This document shows positions 25,413 through 39,149 of a stretch of 64,000 nt of DNA, in pieces (position 1 is the first letter of the stretch; each line of letters starts with the position of its first letter). Position numbers and translations under genes: made by a program. Below the pieces are notes generated by a model. That model saw only the letters and a list, made by a program, of their open reading frames with translations, did not search any database and was not told the origin of the DNA. The stretch comes from Rhina ancylostomus (Eukaryota): contig JARFYF010000001.1 in NCBI GenBank assembly GCA_030265395.1, forward strand, positions 30,718,978 through 30,782,977. Direction: 5' to 3'.

Positions 25413-28204
25413 TGGAAGAGCTGTACAAATAAATGTAAGGTAGAAGTTGGAAGTTGCATTAGCTTTATTAAAAGTTAAAAATTGGTTATGAATCAAGTTC
25501 GGAATTCATAAGCACACAAGATAAGTTTTATACTTTACTGCTGCAACATGTTTCCACTTTCACAACTATTTTCCACTCAATCCTTCTCCCACAAAACCTG
25601 GCAAAAAATTCAGCACATACTTGCTGTCCTATATCTCACTGCCTAGAATTTAGATTTCACATATTTTTTGAAGCACTATAAAACGGTTGTGGTTAGCGCT
25701 AACACTAAATCTGGTCCCCCTTGGAAAAACATCACAAAACTGGCCGAAATTGCACTTACAGCTAGAAGCAAGCCCTGGAACACAATTTTCATTGGACCTC
25801 ACCCAACCAACAGAGGGCATTAGCACTGAAAGGCATTCTCCAAAGGGCAGCCAGACTAAAGCAACACACACTATGGCTAACGTGACGAAAACAAGTGGAG
25901 GCCCAGTCAGATCTCCTAAAGTTAGTAGATGGTTTGTGTAATGCACAAGAAAAGCAACAACCTTGTGAAATGTGCTCTGTTTCTACTGATACCATTCAAT
26001 GACAATAGATTGTGGAATTTTAAACTCCTACTTCTGTTGATGTGGACTGCAATGGACATTATTTGAATAATGATGTCATTAGCTGCATGCCTGACTCAGT
26101 GTAAAGGTCAAGCATGCTAACATGGATCACACATGGAAGCGCCTGGTCCAATTTCATAATTGGTGAGAGGTCATTGCCTCTCAATAGCATATCAGAATTT
26201 CAGGTCCAATATTTTTAGCACAAATAAAACAATGAAACATTTTTAAAAAATCACAATATATGCAATCTGGTGGATTTCTACTTTTAATTGCAAAAGTATA
26301 TGTTAATCATATTGCCCTCCACTGCACCCCACCTCACCCCCCCATCCCTGCTACTCCATCGTGACACATCAATCCCAGAGATAAAATCTAAATGCTACCT
26401 GTGATTCTCTGTTAAGAATAGAAATAGAATTTCCTCAACTAATCAAAGTATTGCCACAAAATTCAGTACCTTTGATTTATAGCATCTACAGATTTATAAA
26501 GGATCTTTCAACTCTAAATGAAAAACAAAATAATCCATTCAAAATTAAATTTAATCATCACATTATAAACATAGCAAATAAATGGCATTGGGTAGCAGGG
26601 ATATTAGATCCCAAGCAGCTGGCAATCCCAAACCAGACCCAATTTCCATAGCAACACATCATTACTGAAGTAAACCTGATAATACAAATTGTACCCCAAG
26701 GGACCTAAGTCTTCCACTGAATGCTCCTATTTTAGTTGGCCTTTTGATTCTGTTTGGCTATGAAAGGTATGCTATTATTTTTCAGAAACATTTATTTTAG
26801 AGGGAAAGGCAAATTGCTTCCGGACTTTTGTCTTTTCATTCTGTGAAATCTTTCTGGTGTACCTTACCTTCTAATATTCTCTCCTTTTTGAGAACTTACT
26901 TGGCACTTCCTCCTAGCAGCACAACTAGTTATGCCTCTGTATGATGGATATGGTACAGGGTTTGAAGCTCAGCTCAGAGACCAGTGGAATATTGAGATTG
27001 GACACCAGTAGGTTGATTTTAAGAGGGTGGTATATAGTAAGTTTATGGATTTCAGTTTTCCTGCCTAAAGAGTGTTGCTTCAATGTCAAAAATACCTTGG
27101 TTCATTCAAAACAGGATGTTGGGTATCCTGCTGGTCCACTGTCCAATTGATAAGTAACATAGAAGTCCAGAAATTAAATGGGGATGGAAAGTCAACAAGT
27201 GGGCTGGTTGGTCACTAGAGGTCATGCTGACTGTAACAGGGACCCAAGATTTGAGTTGAGGTAAGAGAATGAGTGGGCAATTTTTCCATTTGCTCCAAGC
27301 TAGTTAGTGGTTAAGTGCCATCAAATTGCCTTTTATCTTGCTATATCTGTGTGCCAGCATCTTGAATCTGCTCGGGGCTTGGATCTGGGACTTCTCAGCT
27401 CTGGTATTTTAAAATATTTTAAACTAAAAATCAAGAATGGGCAACAAAAGGAATACATACTGCTGGCTGTCTAGTAACTGTGGTTTTGACAGAATTCATG
27501 TATTCATTAGAATAGACCAGGTGTCCATTTGTAATTCACTCTATCTATTTTAATGCAAAACCCGTAAGATGTCAGTATAAATCCTGTGTAGCCAGAAAGA
27601 GCCTGTTTTGTTCTGATAAACACAGCCCAGTTCCAAATCTGTACAATTAAATAAAGGATCAAAATTCTTGAAACGCTTCCAGTCTTCTGTTCAATTTGGT
27701 TCCGTGTAGATCACAAAATAAGGAATAATAATGTAACCATTCTGTTCTTTCACAAAAGAATGTACTTTGATGGCTTAATTATAATTAGTACCTTATGTTT
27801 CCCATTTCAACAACCTCCAGTTTTCTGGTGTAAAATATTAGTTTGGTTTTGTGAGGAAGGTAATGGACTGCAACGTGATTATGCCAAACTAATATGCACT
27901 GCTGAATAAAAGATATAGTTTCAATGATAGGTGATTACTCTAGACTAATTTGAAGTATCCAAAGAAGCTTAATTCCCCAAGGGAACTGAGTGTTGACAAG
28001 GCAACATGTTATTGCTGAATTTATAAATAAACAAATGTTTAAAAAAACATTTTAGTAACTTAAACAGTATCTATGATTATAATTTGAATTATGTAACAAA
28101 TATCCAAACAGTGGGCAAAAATGAACTGCTCAACTGATGATTAGTAAAATCAGTTTATCTCAGAATGCAACACAAATGAAATAAACTCGGTGAGTTCAAT
28201 ATAA

Positions 28205-28488
28205 ACATGCATTTCAGGTGAGAGGAGGAAAGTTTAAAGGAGATGTGGGGGGCAAATTTTCTTTTTCACAGAGTGTGGTAGATGCCTGGAAAGGGTTGCC
28301 AGAAGTAGTGGTGGAAGACGATAAGATAGTGATGTTTAAGAGGCTTTTATATCGATACATGAATATGCAGGGAATGGAGTGATATGGATCACGTACAGGG
28401 AGCAGAGATTCAGATTAATTTGACATTGTGTTCAGCACAGACATTGTGGGCCAAAGTGCCTTTTCGTGTGCTATACTGTTCTATGTTA
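28205..28488 (+). mobile_element. CR1 3' tail
   Basis: catgcatttcaggtgagaggaggaaagtttaaaggagatgtg...gtgctatactgttctatgtt; homologous to 53512-53817. Confidence 0.8.
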
Positions 28489-29379
28489 AGGAGGCTAACT
28501 TACGAATCCATTTCAACATCTGTGCAGAAATCTGGCTAAGTAGCCCGACAATATCGACAATCAAATTCCAAGGACAGATTGGTTTCATTTAAAAACATTT
28601 TCAAATAGAATAAAACCATGTATGTCCTAATAGTTAAAAGAAGAACAGATAGTGAAATTGTTGGCGATAAGGACTGTGTGGAAATAACAAAGGAGCCATT
28701 CCATATACTTTGGGGTTTCTGTTTTCTTTTTTAAGGTATGTATATACTTTCTTTTAATGGATGTGCTTTAGAAATCACCACAATCATATAATTTAAATAA
28801 TGCAATAATTAAAATGGAAGTGAAAATACAAAACTACTATAAGAATGGAGTCAAATAAACAGGTATATTTGCTGTGAATTGTTCAGTGAAGTAACAAGTA
28901 CATTTAACAAGCAGAAAAGAGAGAGCACACACTCTGCAGCTGGGAGTGATGGATATATTTTTGCATAAATAGGGTGAAAGAAACATGAGCGAGTTTATTT
29001 GAATAGTCTCTGAGGATACATTAAATTAATATCTTGTGGGATTTCACCAACATAGCCACAGAAAGGATTAAAATAACCTCTCAGTTGGAACGTTTCACAT
29101 GCTGGTGGGGGTATGTCATACAATTTTGTCGTATATTCTGGTGGGTTAATTTGCTTTCCTGCCTTACTGCTTTATTCTGAGAGTCTATGTAATTTATTCA
29201 AGTGTTTTGTTGTTCATTTCAATTGTAATTGTACTTTTCAAGAGGTATTTTGTTATCAATGCATCCTAGTTACACAATGTTTCCTTTCCCAAAGGCACCT
29301 ACTCAAACTCGGTTCAGCAGGTTATCCTGCCTAAAAGCTTTTTCCACATTTGTCAATCTCATTAATGAGCTTTGACAGG

Positions 29380-30400
29380 CTATTTAAGTGCCAGGGGTGA
29401 GATGGAGGGAGGGTAGGAGATAAATGGTGAAATTTGCAGATAACACAAAAGACATATGGTAAGCAAGCAGAGAGAAAGTACTTGACTACATGAGGAGGAT
29501 ATAGACAGTCTGCTAGAACAAGCAAATAAAAGTTATTACAGAAAATGTGAATTGATACATTGAGATGAGGTGGCATCTGAAAGAAGGAAAAAGTCTTCTG
29601 TTGCAGCATAAAATAGGGGGAAGGATAAAGTGGAACTGCAGACCAGCACAGCTCTGAAATAGAATTAGGTAGTGTGTTGCAGAGAGAGATCCAGAGCATA
29701 TGCATGGCATTGAGCATGGATCTTCGGATGGAGTAAAAGAAATGTGATCATGGGTAGATCCAAAACTTGATGCATTTTTGGTTGGAGGAATAAGCAGAGT
29801 CAATAAAAGGCAAATGATACACTTCTAAGAGGGTGAAAGAACAGGGATTTTGTGCTTGTATCAGGGCAGGCTAATAAAGTAGACGATAAAGCATCATAGC
29901 CCATGGACTTTATAAATGAAATGAAGAATCTAATTCAAAAAATTAAGTTAAACCTATTTAAGCTCAAGTGGAATATTGAGTCCAATTTTGGGAAACATAC
30001 TCGTGGAAGAATATGAAGGTTTTGGAGTTGATACAGAAAAAAGCTCTTAAATGATTCCATGCGTGAAGGATTACAGACATATGGATAGAATGGTGTGCTG
30101 GGGTTGTTCACTTTACATTAGAGAAGACACCAAAAAGAAAATAATGAAGAGTTCACTCAGAGTAGATAAAGCAAAACTGTTTCAAATGGGCAAAGAATTA
30201 ATAACTCATGCACAGTTTTAAGGCAATTTGTGAAATGACCAAATGAGTGAATGGCNNNNNNNNNNAATCAGATAAATTGTAGAAGGAGAAAAAAAATTCC
30301 AGAGAATTAGGGAAAGGATGAACTAGAATACTTTTTGAAAGGGAGAGAAAATACATGATAGATTGAATGGCCTCTTTCTGTGCTAAACTAACTGAGATTC
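29380..30400 (+). mobile_element. CR1, heavily decayed
   Basis: KFADNTK at about 29430, LKWNIESNFG-like segment near 29965, and tail gattgaatggcctctttctgtgcta. Confidence 0.6.
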
Positions 30401-30539
30401 AACAGGAGCATAAATCATAGATGGAAGCTCCATGATTTTCTACCTGTTTCATTTTCTACTTTAATCTGAGGAGTTATAAGCAATATATCTATGTTCTTTT
30501 GTGCTTATTGCTCTCAAGATATTGAAAGCTGAGCTGCAT

Positions 30540-30715
30540 AAAGTGGACCAGATCAGGTAAGGAAGACAATTTCATTTCTCTGAGGGTGACTCATTTCCTT
30601 CTCTGAAAACTATCAGTGAACCAGCCAAGTTTCTGACAACAACCCAGACAATTTCATGATCATTTGTTGAATTCTCTTCTACAGACTATTATTTCAAGAT
30701 TTGAACTCGGCTGTC
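30540..30715 (-). mobile_element. SINE-like / LINE 5' head repeat, same family as 51290-51510
   Basis: gaccagatcaggtaagg...cagtgaaccag...gatttgaactc is the reverse complement of the 51290 element. Confidence 0.55.
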
Positions 30716-30807
30716 GTGAAGAATGGATAATGAAGACTGATCTTTAAAAATCATTTCAAAGGCTCAGGGTATTTGTTTACCACAATAAAGTTTATCTCAA
30801 AGATTTT

Positions 30808-30990
30808 AGTCACTGCTTTAGGAAACAAGGAGGGTAATTTGTGCACAGCAAGCCGCCACATCCAACAACAAGAATGTGAATGGAAAGCATTTTTCATTGG
30901 TAAGGATGATTGAAAGATAAATACTGACGAAGACATAGGAGGAAGTGCCCTGTTCTTCTATGAATAGTGCTTTGAGAACTTATGCCAGTA
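30808..30990 (-). mobile_element. Deu-domain-like ancient SINE remnant
   Basis: tagtcactg...aatttgtgcacagcaag...gatgattgaaagataaatactg...ccctgttcttctatgaatagtgc resembles the SacSINE1/AmnSINE1 central domain as I recall it; not searched. Confidence 0.5.
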
Positions 30991-32325
30991 AACCGTAGCC
31001 ACAGTTCTGTGGCAAATCTAACAGGGGACCACAATGGGATGTGATCGTATTGTGCACATTTCTCTGGAAAGAAATCAGTGATACAGATTTGAAGAAAATT
31101 TATCAACCTGAAATGTTTTCTCGGTTGAATTTTCAACTGGCTGCCTGATCAGCTGACTACTTAAAGCATTCTCTACTGATTTTTTTTAAAATTTCCATTT
31201 TTTCCATTTAGTTTGGCTTCATATAGATAGGACTCATAAATAAAAGTCGCCTTAAGTACTGGTTGGGTAGACTCTGGGATCTAGGTTTAAATTCAGCAGA
31301 GATTGAATGAATAAAAGGTCTCCCATCTCTTTGACTTGCTCATGATAGGTTATTCTGCATGAGTCCACAATATAATCTAATATAAGGACAACAATAGAAA
31401 ATTGGAAAATCAAGAGGAATGCTAATGGTCAGCCAAACATTTCCCAGTATGGGTTGTACTACAATGGACAGCCTACATTTAATATGGTAAGTTGACTTTC
31501 ATTTTAGCAGCACCTCAATATTAAAACTCTCATCTCTTGTGACCTCACTTTTGGTGCTGAAACGTTCCTTTACTGGCATGATGGTTACTGCCTCNNNNNN
31601 NNNNNNNNNNNNNNNNNNNNNNNNNNNNNNNNNNNNNNNNNNNNNNNNNNNNNNNNNNNNNNNNNNNNNNNNNNNNNNNNNNNNNNNNNNNNNNAGAGTA
31701 GGGGTGGGGGGGGAGCATTGCATAGGGGGAGGTAGAAGCTTATATTGACCAAATTTATGCATTCATTAGCTTAGATAATGTGTCCATAACTGCTCATGAT
31801 ATGTCCATACATTTGTGCCAATTATGGCACCAATAGCCCAATGAACTAGATGATTGTTTCCTGCTCATCATTCCTGCATTTTCCTATTTCAGATTAAAAT
31901 ACCAGCAGGCAAGAAAGATGGGCAAGAAACTGTTAGCTGCAACACCCATTTATTAGGCATAAAATTTAAATTGAGAGGCAAAATACCCAGTGATTGATTT
32001 CTCCCCGTGCAATCGGTCTGATCAGCATTCCCAGCACAATGCCTCAGAACAGCATTATCTCCCCTCTTACTAGAAGCATAGAACTTGTTTTAGGGCCTCA
32101 CTAACACAGTAAGTAAGACCTCAGCAACTTAACTAACACTGCTTAAGGTGGCTGCTTGAGACTGCTGAGGGACAGTTATATTTCTTACTATTTAACTACC
32201 TCAATGAAGAAATTGGAGCTGCTCTTCAAGTCCTGTTCATCACCTCCCTGTCCCTCATCCCAGGACCTAACAACACACCAGCTCCCTGTGAGTCAATTCT
32301 GAGAAGACCCTGAATAACTAGCTAC

Positions 32326-33023
32326 TTTTTTATTTCAGAAATAAATTTCATTCATAAAAATATATACAGGAAATATAATACAAACAGTACATGTCTTTCT
32401 TTACATTCATAGTATTTATTGTGTCATCAAGTTAATAAATTCAATTTGCACAGCACCAATGCCATTTATGTGATCTCTTTGAACAATGCACCCATTCAGC
32501 ATTTGAGAGGCTTTTACACTGGTTCTCTCTGTCCAATGGCAGCAGGACCTTTGATTGCAATCCTTCCCCACAAAGACATTGCATTAGTTGTATCAAGCTT
32601 CATCCTATCCTTTAGCATGTATGCCTACAGCCTGGAATGTGCCAGACAGCTTGAGATTTACAGATACCTCATTGCACTTGCAGTTTTCAACTTCAACAAG
32701 TTTCATGAAGACCAAAGTGCATCTTTCACCAAACTGATGACCTTCCAGTATCACTTAATGTCCGTTTCAGTACATGCCCCAGGGAACAGCCTATGGATCA
32801 GAGTCCTCTTTTGCATAGCTGCTTGAGGTGAACCTCATCAAGGACCCTTGCAGGCTTTACCAGGCATTCTTGGCAAACACACAGTCCACAAAAATGTAGA
32901 TGATCGTCTTGTCCTCATCACAGCCAACTCACGGGCAGTGTGCTTTGGATATGAGACTCCAAACATACAGGAAGGATCTGACAGGGAGGGCTCCTCTCAC
33001 AGTCATCCAAGAGGTCTTGATGA
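32326..33023 (-). mobile_element. Tx1/L1-clade LINE 3' end with zinc-finger region
   Basis: Minus strand gives HQDL.WMTVRGALPVRSFLY..AHCP..GCDEDKTIIYIFVDCVFAK..LFPG..WKVISLVKDALWSS. The 3' end reads atgaatgaaatttatttctgaaataaaaaa. Confidence 0.85.
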
Positions 33024-34046
33024 GCACTAACAATCGGCCAGTTTTATAAAAGTGAAACCAGCTGGCCCAATTTAGGACCAGCACTGAATCCCACCACACC
33101 AATCCTTGGTACAATCTGATTCCTCATTCAAATCTTTGAGGCTTTAAGCAAAAAGTAAAAGTTGAAGTAATTCATTGAAAAGTCATGAAACCAGTTGATA
33201 ATTAGAATCTCCTCTTAGAATGAAGGGAGGGAAAAGGTACGATAAAGAGAGATACATTGCACAAATGCGAATGTATTTTAGATTACAAAGCTAAAAATGA
33301 ACTGTTTGTACATTATCAATTGGACGCTACTGTTTACTGCTTATAACTGAGTTTATAATAATATTTTAATAAATTTCTGTACTGTTTTCCTACTCATTAT
33401 ATCACTAGTTATTATATTCCATTTTCAGTCTTGGTCTGCAAAAGAGCCATTACAACAGATTAAATCATTGATGAATGCACAACATAATCATTGTGAACAA
33501 AATTTACCTTTCTTTCTAAAGTTTCAATTATTGCACAACTTAAAGGAAAAAACAGATTTATTGGAGAGAAACTGAATTTTCAGTCTGCATTATGAAAGCA
33601 GAGTGGTAATGGCCTAAAAACAGAGTTGCAAAACTTATTGCTCCACTGACATTTTGTTAGCCTCCTCCAATTGCAGCCCCACTGCTATTTGGGGTTAAAT
33701 TACAAGGTTCAGCCACTGGACTCCTTTGGTTAGACTAAAGAAGACTCTAAGGTTGAGTTCCTATCTAGTTTTTATTTCCCTGACACCTCAGCAGTATCTC
33801 CTGTCTCCCAAGGAAGATGACCTCCTCCCCCAAAAGCTGGTGCAACACTTGGTATCATATCAGCTGATAACCAGCGAGANNNNNNNNNNNNNNNNNNNNN
33901 NNNNNNNNNNNNNNNNNNNNNNNNNNNNNNNNNNNNNNNNNNNNNNTCGAGCACCAATAAATAAGGATGTTATAACGTTATACTAGAATCTGAAAATTGA
34001 TCAATTTAGATGATCACCCTAGTCTTCCACTGGCTCTCAATATGCA

Positions 34047-34245
34047 TGCAGGTCCTCCCCAGGTTATGGCATTGTTCCTGAAGTTCACAACTTAGATGTG
34101 CAGTTGTGAACCAAGTTCCCACATGGAAGAAAATACCTGCAGCCCTAGCTCACCCAGCAAATCCATCCTGCTGGTCTCCCAAACGTTTTTTCATATATAC
34201 AGGCTTGACATAAGTTGGGCTATTGTAAGTCTGGGAGGACTTGCA
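34047..34245. mobile_element. Tc1/mariner (Tigger-like) MITE
   Basis: Imperfect TIRs: left tgcaggtcctccccaggtta, reverse complement of right end tgcaagtcctcccagactta. About 200 bp, no coding capacity. Confidence 0.5.
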
Positions 34246-35221
34246 TACAATAGAAAAACAACCAAAGTATCCTAAGTTATATTTTTAGTGGAAATTATTA
34301 TGAAGTATAAGTCAAGCATGAAAATAATTTCAAATTTGCTGTTATTCCATGGTTAGAGAAAGCCTTATCTAAAACAGATAATTATATTCTAATCACACGA
34401 TTCTGTAGGGATATGCTGAAGAAGAGGGAAGTACAAAGTGCTCCAATATCTATGTGCTTGGCAACACAATGTAATGAATGCAGAGATAAAAAGAAACAGG
34501 GGCAAATCTCTTTAAGATAGAAACATTTACATGGATAATTCATAGGACATCTGATTTTGAATATTCAGTGCTCATCCTCAGATCACGTAAACCATTATTA
34601 ATATTAATTATATTTGAGCACCAGTGTAATTTTTAATATGATTTAACCAATTAATCACTTAACAAACTGCAGGATAATTTTTGAAAGCCTAACTGCTGGG
34701 TTTTCACCCTGAGATTTGGAAATTAAATTAGTCAAAAATGGCTTGAAGAAATGTCTATATTGTAAAGTAATACAACAATAATTTGCAGTTATATTGCATA
34801 TTTATTAATTGTCAGTAAAATATCGACATCTTGTAAACACTGCTCTTTAAAACATTTCTTCTTTCTCTTCTCTTTCAGCTGAGTAAACTGCAGACCGTTT
34901 GGGACTAATATTACCAATATTGTGCTGTACCCAATGATGCTCTGCTGAATTTTTTACAAGCACCGAAAGAAATCCATCTCTGAAAAACTATGGTGAGGCA
35001 GATGGTGCTACTGAACACACAATGTAACTGAATAGAGTACTTAGTAATGACACAAGCAAGAATATATGATTGGAGAGCATTAACAGCACTTGTCCCTTAG
35101 CTGAAACCATGGCTACCTGAAACTCATTGGTCATGCATTTAGGGAAGCAGTGCTGGTGGACCATCAAGCATCATTGTAGATGTTGAGGCTCATATCCTAC
35201 AATGTTCCTCAAAGGGCTTTC

Positions 35222-35467
35222 AGTGAAGGGGGTAGGTTAAGAACAGACGTAAGGGGTACATTTTTACTGAGAGAGTGGTGGAATGCGTTGCCTGATAGGA
35301 TGGTGGAGGTAAATTCACTGGGGGCTTTTAAGAGGGGCTTGGATGAGCACATGAATGACAGGAAAGTAGAGGGATATGGGCATTCTGTAGGCAGGAGGGA
35401 TTAGCTATGTTGGCACAACATTGTGTGCTAAAGGGCCTGTTCTGTGCTGTGCTGTTCTATGTTCTAA
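35222..35467 (+). mobile_element. CR1 3' end
   Basis: ORF 35180-35404 (WNALPDRMVEVNSLGAFKRGLDEHM) and tail ctgtgctgtgctgttctatgttcta. Confidence 0.85.
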
Positions 35468-38400
35468 GTTCAGCACATTAAAGGGCTTTTTAACAAAATT
35501 TAGGTCCACCACTAGAACTTGTGTCCAAGGAAGACTCACACAACAAAGGTCCTAAGAGCTTTGTCTGCAGATGCTCATACTATTACAGGTTATAGCAGGC
35601 TTGGTGAATGTTTGCAGAACAGCTTAATTAATTGCATTGGCAGAATTGGGTTTTCTTTTCTGCCCATTAAAGAGCATACACAGCCAGTGTGAAAACTAGG
35701 TTCATTGACAGGAATGTGCCCAACCTTGGTGCTGTCTATCAGAAAACAAATCATGTTTCCACACAACCATGCCAGGCTCCTAGTACAGCAACATGTACAA
35801 TGTAGCCTCCAGCAAATCAGCATCAAAATTTAACTAATGTGGGAAGAGAGCTCCCTCAGTTCTGAGAGGATCAATTTGTGTTACACTGTTTATCCACCCT
35901 CCTTAGTAGTGGTTCAGTAACATATCACATGCTCATATCAAGGGGAACCATCACAAAAAGGAGACCCATACTCGACAGGCTGATGGTAAGGACATTGAAA
36001 GATGGTCGTAGACACTTCTATTCAAATGTAGGGAGACACACAAATAAAGCATAAAGAATTTTATTCACCTATATTGGTCAGAACAATGGGTGGACTCACA
36101 TCTCACACCTCACTCCATAGCTTTCTTTAACTTTGCTGATCCTTGGCTGGTTAAGAATCACACCTGGCTCAGTGTTCTAAGAGTTACTTACAAGCCCTGA
36201 TGCAATATTTACTGTCTGTTGAGCAGATTACCTGCTGTAGACACTCAGTAGAGACATTGTAAAGCAAGAACAAAACTCACCATTTGGTCTGGAGCGAAAC
36301 GCTTTCATGCCTCCCTCCCCGGTTTATTTCACCAGTGAATTCAGTCAGCTGATCTTCATGGATGAAAAACAATCACCCTCCCCTGAATACTTGTTAAAAC
36401 TCCCCCTGGAAGCTGCACATGGCTGCCAGGAATTTGAACTCTGACTTAATATTGGGTAAATGGATCTCATTAGGCATAAACAGCACCTTTCACAATTAAG
36501 TGTTCAATCTGTTGTTTAAAATTTTAAAGCCAGTGGACTAAAAATACCAATTTAAAGTATTTGGAAGAATAGTGGCAAGGGGAAATTATAGATCTGGTTA
36601 ATGCGCTGGTCTATAACTCTTGAATTAGTAAGTGGAAGACTTATTTATAATTTCAAGTAACAGTTCTGTGTGGTGAAAGTCAATTCTTATTATTGCTTAG
36701 TGCAACGAAATGGGATTGGGATAGCTCCACATGAAGAGCCAGCACTAGCACATGCACGAGAAACAGAATGGTTTCTTCCTGTGCTGAAACCTCTGTATTT
36801 CTATACAGTGAAAGTGAATAACTACACAATATTTATTTATACAGATATATCATAAATAGAGGTTGAAGTAAAAAGAATGGATTGCTGTATTTTCCTTACC
36901 GTGCTGTAGGACCCACTAGATACTTGATAATTATAGTGCATTATTCTGATGGCATCTAAACCAAATGAATTTTAAATGCATGCAACATGAATGTGGAAGA
37001 TATCGCTGTATTTTCACAATTACTTCTAGGTAGAAGCCCTTCTTCCAAATGTGACAAAATAGCTTAGACCCAAAAGGACAAAAATAATCAGAATGAGCTA
37101 GGCATTTTAAGAAGCAACTGCAGATTTGTGTGAGATAAAAGTTACTATGATGAAAGCTTTCCCATTTAAACATAAGATACTAATTTTGAGAATTGTATCT
37201 TTTTACATTACATAGAAACTGGAATCAGATTTTTACTTCTCAAAACCAACATAGTATCTATGAATCTGAGAATTCTTGAGGAAATAAACTGTGATGTTTT
37301 AAGATTTTCAAAAACAAAATCACAAAGGCAGACTAAAAACAGATTGTATCCTGGATTTTCTAACACTTTCACACTCAAAATTGGCAAAATAGCAAGAAAA
37401 TGAGGCCTTTCATCCACCAAAGGTTCTTTGGGTCCTATTCCATTGCCAGTCATGAAGAACATCAGGGGGGTAAGGGCCTTTTAACATCCCCTTTAAAATG
37501 GAGGGTTCCATGTAATTTATCTTTGTTAGGCTTCTCAGATCTATGACAACAAGAGCTGCTGCTCATATGTGCCTCTGAGAAAAGGAATGAAACAAAAAAT
37601 AAAAGAGGAAATGAAATATGAATGATTGAGAGAAACTGCTTAAAGGGGGTACAAAGGGCAGTCAATAGAAAGGAAGTAAAGGATAGACTGAAAATAGAAG
37701 AGGCAATGGAAAGAAAAGAGAACATTGAAAGAATCGCAAAGGGGAAAGAAATTAAAGAGCACTAGTGACAGAGATAATGAAAGGGGAGCTCAAAAGAAAT
37801 GGAGGGATAGTGAGAATAAGAAAGAAAAAAAACCGAGAGAGTGAGAAGAAAGGCTATCAAATATGTATGGAAAATGACTGGATCAGAGATTTCAAAGTGA
37901 AGGAGTAGGAGTTGCAAAGCATGAAATACTCAGGTCACTTCTTCATTATCCTTCTTTAGGAATCTTGCAGGAAGCATGAGGTTAAACCAAAAACAAAATC
38001 AATTTGTTAGTTTTTAACCTGGAAATACGTTGTTGACTCATTTTAAGTTGAGGACATGGTTAACTTAAGATTTATGTACCAACACTAGTTTTTTCACATC
38101 CATCATTTCAGAGAACAATTTGCTGAAAGGCTCACTCATATTAGCATTTCCTAACATTCATCCAAAATGCTGTACAGAACTGTTGACCTTTCAGTTGGCT
38201 CTACAGGGATTTTCCTTCCACTGAAATATCATGAGTGCCAATTAAAAAGAAAAGGAAAATTACAGCGTTTGACTTAATTAATGCTGCTAATGACAGAATT
38301 GTGACAATTAATATTTACTGATAAATTTATTAATCCAAATATTTTACCCCTTCCACACACAATCCGGCAAAGTAAGCTGCAATTAATGATGTAGTATCAA

Positions 38401-38669
38401 TTATACAAATACATACTGAGTGGGGGTGGGTGAGTACATTGGATAGCAATAGTAAACATGCATTTAGATCATGGTGTATGATTAATCCTCACATGTTTGA
38501 ACTAGCATAGGCCACACATGAAGATTATACTGCCTGTTTGCTATAAAGATTTCAGAGATCAGCCAGCACTAAATGCACTACCTTGAGTAATTAAAGCCAG
38601 CCTGCTATTCTTAAAGGAGCAGTACATTATGGTTGCAGCACCTAGCAGAAGCAGTTCCAGAGTAGAGAA

Positions 38670-38895
38670 CCTGGTATCTATTGGAAGACTTAGTCAATGA
38701 TGTGGAGAAGAGAACGACGACCTCTATTCACAGGGGCTCAAAAGGCTGTCCAGGCATATGATTAGAGGCCAATGAAGGAAGAGAATTGCGGAGGTGAATG
38801 TAATGTGTGCAGCTCCTAAACAATGAATGTAGAAGAACAAAAAGTTCCAATAGCCAATATGTGTGGTCAAGCTCAATGAATGCATCTTCAAATGT
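38670..38895 (+). pseudogene. PIF/Harbinger Myb/SANT-like DNA-binding gene fossil
   Basis: LLEDLVNDVEKR, one frameshift, then DDLYSQGLKRLSRHMIRGQ*RKRIAEVNVMCAAPKQ*M*KNKKFQ*PICVVK. This fits LE.LV.EV..RR..L.....R.....R..W..IA..VN.....RTW.QC.KKFNDL, with TGA stops at the two expected Trp (TGG) positions. Confidence 0.7.
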
Positions 38896-39149
38896 TATGT
38901 CTCACCTACTCAATCACTATGCTCAGATATCTCACAGCTTACATACACTGCCAACTGTGACATGGCTAGTGGCAAGGTTGCAGTTGAAGATGCATCTCCC
39001 CTTTTCAATCATTTTCCTATTTGACTTACAATCTACAGACAGTGTAAAGATGCCCCTTTCACTGGATCATCCATCATCCGTCTTCTGCACTTCATCTCCC
39101 TGCCACCACTCATCATCTTCCCTCCATACATTGACCCCTGTGCTCATAA

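Noticed and set aside
25650-25995. Overlapping 68-98 aa ORFs on both strands in non-repeat DNA
   Set aside because: No recognisable domain or clear splice sites; lengths are compatible with chance.
32419-32826. Longest ORF in the track (135 aa, plus strand)
   Set aside because: It is the antisense frame of the Tx1/L1 fragment.
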